Part shown: piece by piece, positions 59,830 through 64,000 of the stretch | Layout: each line of letters opens with the position of its first letter | How positions within the stretch are numbered: position 1 is the stretch's first letter | Assembly: GCA_965230295.1 (NCBI GenBank) | Contig: OZ246001.1 | Coordinates: 544,001-608,000 of the forward strand | DNA length: 64,000 nt | Reading direction: 5' to 3' | DNA from: Marinicella sp. | Lineage (GTDB): Bacteria > Pseudomonadota > Gammaproteobacteria > Xanthomonadales > Marinicellaceae | Program-made: the position numbers and the translations under genes | Notes under the pieces: generated by a model | The model's input: only the letters and a program-made list of their open reading frames with translations | Told to the model about the DNA's origin: nothing | Databases searched by the model: none

Positions 59830-60699
59830 TCATGCAGCAACACATTTATTCTTGCCATTGCTTTTGGCTTTGTACAACGAGCGGTCTGCCCTTTTGATGG
59901 CATCCATGATCGGTTCATTCTTTTTCTTCTGGCTCACACCCAGACTGACAGTCATCGCATGGTCACCCATGGCAAGCGGCAGCTTGATATCGGCGACAAC
60001 TGCACGTATTTGCTCCGCAAACTCAATGGCCTCATTCATATCACTGCCCAACATACAAATGGCAAACTCTTCGCCCCCCCACCGTCCTATGACTTGATTT
60101 TTACCCATCATTTTCATCAAGCTTTGACCCAAGTTGGCCAAGAATTTATCTCCTGATAAATGACCCAAAGTATCATTGATTCTTTTAAAATCATCCAGGT
60201 CAGCAATAATAAATGACAACACCAACCTTTCTTCGGCTGCCTTCTCACTGAGGGCTTCAAATTTTTTCAACATGCCACGGCGATTGTACAAACCAGTTAA
60301 TTCATCTGTAAACGCCTGGCTTTCCAGTTTTGAGTTGAGGTTACCGTATTCCACAATCCATTTATTGATACCAATAAACAGCAGCACGAACCCAGAAAAC
60401 AAAGTGGCCTTTTCAGCCACAGCTGTATACATCTCACCATGTAAATGAAATTGGTCTAACCCATCTACATACATGGAGGTGAAGACCAACAGAAAACCAT
60501 AGTTCAAATAGTTATAAAAATCTTTACCGCTTAAACTACCAATCAACAAGAACATCACGACAGCCATCAAAGCAAAGGCGAATTCAAAGACTACATTATA
60601 AATTCTGACATGGTCGACTGCGGGAAGGTAAACTGCATCATATACCGCAAATGCGACGATGATTAACAACAAAGTAATTACTTTATTAATATAAGGCAT
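59830..60699 (-). CDS. Membrane-bound diguanylate cyclase (start uncertain: 60699, 60738 or 60765)
   Basis: ~4 TMs; TDELTGLYNRR, DLDDFKxINDxxGHxxGD, RWGGEEF. Confidence 0.9.
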   Translation of the reverse strand: MPYINKVITLLLIIVAFAVYDAVYLPAVDHVRIYNVVFEFAFALMAVVMFLLIGSLSGKDFYNYLNYGFLLVFTSMYVDGLDQFHLHGEMYTAVAEKATLFSGFVLLFIGINKWIVEYGNLNSKLESQAFTDELTGLYNRRGMLKKFEALSEKAAEERLVLSFIIADLDDFKRINDTLGHLSGDKFLANLGQSLMKMMGKNQVIGRWGGEEFAICMLGSDMNEAIEFAEQIRAVVADIKLPLAMGDHAMTVSLGVSQKKKNEPIMDAIKRADRSLYKAKSNGKNKCVAA

Positions 60700-60916
60700 A
60701 ACAAACACACAACCCAGGTATGTTTGAATAAACGGCATTGCTCGCTCACCCACACATACACACACATTTAAAACACACCAGTCATTCTAACCCGAAATAC
60801 AGACCGATTACCTGAGCCACAAGGTAAAGATTGGTATTATTTAGTTTGTTTTGGCAAAAAAATGCCATTTGGTATTATTTTAGGGGTCAATTTTTAACAA
60901 AGTTCTGAATTTTGTC

Positions 60917-60946
60917 AAAAAAAAAGGCGTCAAATAGATGACGCCT
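60917..60946 (-). terminator. Intrinsic terminator of the putative sRNA
   Basis: Minus strand AGGCGTCA-TCTATT-TGACGCC-T9. Confidence 0.9.
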
Positions 60947-61118
60947 GAAGTATTTCGCTGAGGAAGAGGGAGGAAAACCTCAGCTATTTTTTGTATGTGC
61001 TTGGCACATACGTGAAATCTTGCGATTTCGGGGAACAATGAAAATTGTTACATTCCATTTTACTTGTCTAACATGAATATAATGTGAATTAGGTTGGCCT
61101 AATTGAGCCATTTATTCT
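60917..61118 (-). ncRNA. Putative unannotated sRNA (~200 nt) with anti-SD loop, divergent from the GcvA-like LysR
   Basis: Six perfect hairpins; GCAA tetraloop; loop UUUUCCUCCCUCUU; terminator with U9; TACTAT -10 candidate at 61124-61129; 5' end estimated. Confidence 0.7.
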
Positions 61119-61293
61119 GCTATATAGTACGTTTGATGTGTTTTCAAAGTAAAAGTTCAAATAATTTTGATTTATTGAAATTTATTTAAACACTCGTTTG
61201 AATCACTCTTATTGCGGTATTTTACTTATCAACAACACTTTGACAAGCTAATTGTTTTTGTTATTCGGATAAATTATACTAATGCGAAACACC

Positions 61294-62211
61294 ATGGCCA
61301 ACCAATACAGAAACATACCTCCACTCAGATCAATCAAAGCTTTTGAGGCTTCAGCGCGCCTATTAAGCTTTACCAAAGCCGCAGAAGAATTACATGTTAC
61401 GCAAGCTGCCATCAGCCATCAAATCAAAAACCTCGAACAGCTCACCGGGGTTCAGTTATTTGAAAGGTTCAACCGGTCTTTGAAATTGACCTTCGAAGGA
61501 CGCTTGTATTTGATCTCGATCAGAAATGCCCTTGAGAGCATTGAAAAGGCCACCAGGCAGCTCAAAAACAAAGACGCATCAGGCACCTTGAATATATCGG
61601 TGCTGCCATCTTTTGCCTCCAAGTGGCTGTCAAAAAGGATTTGGAAGTTTCAACAACAACACCACGAATTGGACGTGAGGATTTCTGCCTTTGAGAAACT
61701 GACCGATTTCAAAAAAGAAGAATGTGACATTGCCATTAGGTATTCCTCAGATCCCACACTTCCCGGCTTAACGACCGAATTACTGCTAGAAGAAGACGTT
61801 TTTCCAGTTTGTTCTAAAAAATTGTACGACTCTTATAAGGGAAACATCAAACCTGAATCCTTGCTCAGAGCCAATCTTTATCATGAAGATTTCACCACCG
61901 AAGACTGGCATGACTGGTTTGATGCGGTTGGCATACAAGCCAATCCAAATTTACGTGGTACCCGGTTCAGTCATATGGCCATGATGCTAGAAGCGGTAGA
62001 AAACCACCAAGGATTTGCTTTAGGAAGGACACCTTTGGTGCAAGATGACATCAAGCGCGGGCTTTTGGTGGCACCTTTTGATGTGAAAATTAAAGGCAAA
62101 ATGTCTTACTACTTGGTCTACCCCAGTTCCACAGAGAATGACCAAAAATTACAGATAATCAGACAATGGCTGTTTGCTGAGGCCGACCAATTTAAACAAG
62201 GTATTCAATAA
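61294..62211 (+). CDS. LysR-type regulator, GcvA-like
   Basis: PPLxxxxAFEAxARxLSFTKAAEELHVTQAAISHQIKxLE; SFASKWL; DIAIRY. Confidence 0.88.
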   Translation: MANQYRNIPPLRSIKAFEASARLLSFTKAAEELHVTQAAISHQIKNLEQLTGVQLFERFNRSLKLTFEGRLYLISIRNALESIEKATRQLKNKDASGTLNISVLPSFASKWLSKRIWKFQQQHHELDVRISAFEKLTDFKKEECDIAIRYSSDPTLPGLTTELLLEEDVFPVCSKKLYDSYKGNIKPESLLRANLYHEDFTTEDWHDWFDAVGIQANPNLRGTRFSHMAMMLEAVENHQGFALGRTPLVQDDIKRGLLVAPFDVKIKGKMSYYLVYPSSTENDQKLQIIRQWLFAEADQFKQGIQ

Positions 62212-62228
62212 AACGAAATGGGTATGAA

Positions 62229-63254
62229 TCATGCCCATTCGTCTTCTTCACTGAATAGGTAGGCAGCAATGTCTTTGATCAATTCACCCAAACCAGTTTT
62301 GTTGATTGATGAAATCAAATAGTATTTTTCCTGCCACCCCATGTCTTTGGCGTAAGCATCAGCCAGCTGTCGGGCTTCTTCTTCAGTGGTGACATCCGAC
62401 TTTGTGAAAACCAACCACCGCTGTTTTTCCTGTAGTTGTTCTGAAAACTTAACCAGTTCTTCAGAAAGCTGATGAAATTGAGCCACTGGATCCGACAGAC
62501 CTTCATAAGCAGGCAACTCAACCATATGTAACAACAAACCTGTTCTTTGTAAATGTTTGAGGAATTGAATGCCCAGGCCAGCACCTTCTGCCGCACCTTC
62601 AATAATGCCAGGTATGTCAGCAACCACAAAACTGGTTTCCGCATCAACTGGCACCACACCCAAAGCCGGATACAACGTGGTGAATGGATAATCCGCTATT
62701 TTAGGCCTGGCTTTAGAGATGGCATTAACAAATGTAGATTTTCCTGCATTGGGAAATCCCAGCAAGCCCACATCAGCAAGCACTTTCAATTCCAGTTTGA
62801 TTTCCCTCAACTGACCCTGCTCTCCAGAAGTGAATTGTTTGGGTGCTCTATTGACGGAGCTTTTGAAATGCATGTTGCCCAACCCTCCTTTTCCACCATG
62901 GGCCACTATCAGCTGCTGATCATGTTCGGTGATGTCACCTAATTTCTGGTCGGTTTCAAGGTCATACACTTCTGTGCCTGTGGGTACTTTGATGATCAAA
63001 TCATCACCACCTTTCCCATACATCTGGCGGCCTTTGCCAGATTCACCATTTCTTGCATCAAAGCGTTTTTTATGACGAAAATCAACCAAAGTATTAAGGC
63101 CTTGGTCTCCTTGTAAGATGACGCTACCACCATGTCCACCATCACCACCATCTGGTCCGCCAAAGGCAACAAATTTTTCTCGACGAAAACTGGCTGAGCC
63201 ACTGCCGCCATTACCGGCCTTAACGGATATTTTTACTTCATCTACAAATTTCAT
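62229..63254 (-). CDS. obgE: GTPase ObgE/CgtA
   Basis: FVDE, GGPDGGDGG, GFPNAGKST, YPFTTL, DIPG. Confidence 0.97.
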   Translation of the reverse strand: MKFVDEVKISVKAGNGGSGSASFRREKFVAFGGPDGGDGGHGGSVILQGDQGLNTLVDFRHKKRFDARNGESGKGRQMYGKGGDDLIIKVPTGTEVYDLETDQKLGDITEHDQQLIVAHGGKGGLGNMHFKSSVNRAPKQFTSGEQGQLREIKLELKVLADVGLLGFPNAGKSTFVNAISKARPKIADYPFTTLYPALGVVPVDAETSFVVADIPGIIEGAAEGAGLGIQFLKHLQRTGLLLHMVELPAYEGLSDPVAQFHQLSEELVKFSEQLQEKQRWLVFTKSDVTTEEEARQLADAYAKDMGWQEKYYLISSINKTGLGELIKDIAAYLFSEEDEWA

Positions 63255-63278
63255 AGCTTAGACTATACTGGTGAATAT

Positions 63279-63307
63279 AAAAAAAGCCCACTAATTAGTG
63301 AGCTTTT
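63279..63307 (-). terminator. Intrinsic terminator between rpmA and obgE
   Basis: Minus strand AAAAGCTCACTA-AT-TAGTGGGCTTTTTTT. Confidence 0.7.
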
Positions 63308-63338
63308 AAAAGTACTTCGTGTTGAACTCTGGTGGTTC

Positions 63339-63599
63339 TTAGCTTTGTGTTTCGATGGTCACGTATTGACGGTAATTTTTGCCTTTCTTGACAAACTTAA
63401 CCACACCATCTTTCAGGGCGAACAAAGTATGATCTTTACCCATACCAACATTGTCGCCGGCATGAAATTTGGTGCCACGTTGACGCACTAAAATGTTACC
63501 AGCGATGGCTGCTTGACCACCGTACATTTTGACACCAAGGTACTTAGGATTTGAATCGCGACCGTTATTAGTACTACCCGCTGCTTTCTTATGAGCCAT
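63339..63599 (-). CDS. rpmA: 50S ribosomal protein L27
   Basis: [16 protein letters not shown], RQRGTK. Confidence 0.98.
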   Translation of the reverse strand: MAHKKAAGSTNNGRDSNPKYLGVKMYGGQAAIAGNILVRQRGTKFHAGDNVGMGKDHTLFALKDGVVKFVKKGKNYRQYVTIETQS

Positions 63600-63612
63600 G
63601 ACGTTTTACCTC

Positions 63613-63921
63613 TTATCCTATTTTAGTGATTTTCAATTCAGTAAAATTCTGACGATGACCCATTTGTTTCATGTGGTGCTTACGTCTCTTGAATTTAATG
63701 ATTCTTACTTTCTTATGGCGACCATTCGACAACACTTCTGCTGACACAGATTTACCTTCCAACAAAGGTTTGCCAATTTCAATGTTTTCACCATCTGAAA
63801 CCATCAACACTTGGTCTAATTTAATCTTGTCACCAGCTTCAACCTTCAACGACTCAACTTTAATGATGTCGCCTTCTTTGATTCTGTATTGTTTGCCACC
63901 TGTAGCTACAACTGCGTGCAT
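63613..63921 (-). CDS. rplU: 50S ribosomal protein L21
   Basis: TGGKQY, KRRK...GHRQ. Confidence 0.98.
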   Translation of the reverse strand: MHAVVATGGKQYRIKEGDIIKVESLKVEAGDKIKLDQVLMVSDGENIEIGKPLLEGKSVSAEVLSNGRHKKVRIIKFKRRKHHMKQMGHRQNFTELKITKIG

Positions 63922-64000
63922 GAAACTACTCCAATTCGGTTGTTCTTAAAAAGAGCGGGGATTTTACTTAAATAAATATACCGGGTCAACTTAATTTTAC

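Noticed and set aside
60800-61120. Canonical GcvB
   Set aside because: No match to the GcvB 5' end or terminator on the expected strand; CCTGAGCC at 60811 is on the wrong strand.
1694-63949. Numerous short antisense or alternate-frame ORFs in the track (e.g. 26007-26459, 55974-56432, 56490-56957)
   Set aside because: They are shadows of well-supported genes and have no independent motifs.

Overview
Gene-dense chromosomal segment of a marine gammaproteobacterium of moderate-to-low GC. Gene content suggests Marinicella or a Xanthomonadales relative; this is inferred, not searched. The right end holds core genes: rplU-rpmA-obgE, a GcvA-like LysR, a type-B L36 missing from the ORF track, and yhbY/rlmE-ftsH-folP-glmM-PCuAC-queA. 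The rest is mostly accessory: two diguanylate cyclases, an S8 protease, a MarR-linked hppD-hmgA-FAH operon, an orphan Ser/Thr kinase and membrane-anchored one-component regulators. I found no tRNA, rRNA, CRISPR array or intact transposase. Four signals stand out. (1) A TIGR03032-TPR-glycosyltransferase fusion lies upstream of two paralogous CSLREA/choice-of-anchor-Q beta-helix proteins that share an unusual leader and a C-terminal DVIFxxGF tag; this is a candidate glycosylate-and-export system. (2) An unannotated ~200-nt sRNA-like element with an anti-SD loop is divergent from the GcvA-like LysR. (3) A family of structured intergenic repeats at 32.85-33.64 kb and 49.2-49.4 kb carries CsrA-type ANGGA hairpins and a five-copy hairpin module. 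(4) An uncharacterised secreted domain occurs in both a normal and an apparently circularly permuted form. All family assignments come from motif recognition, not database searches.
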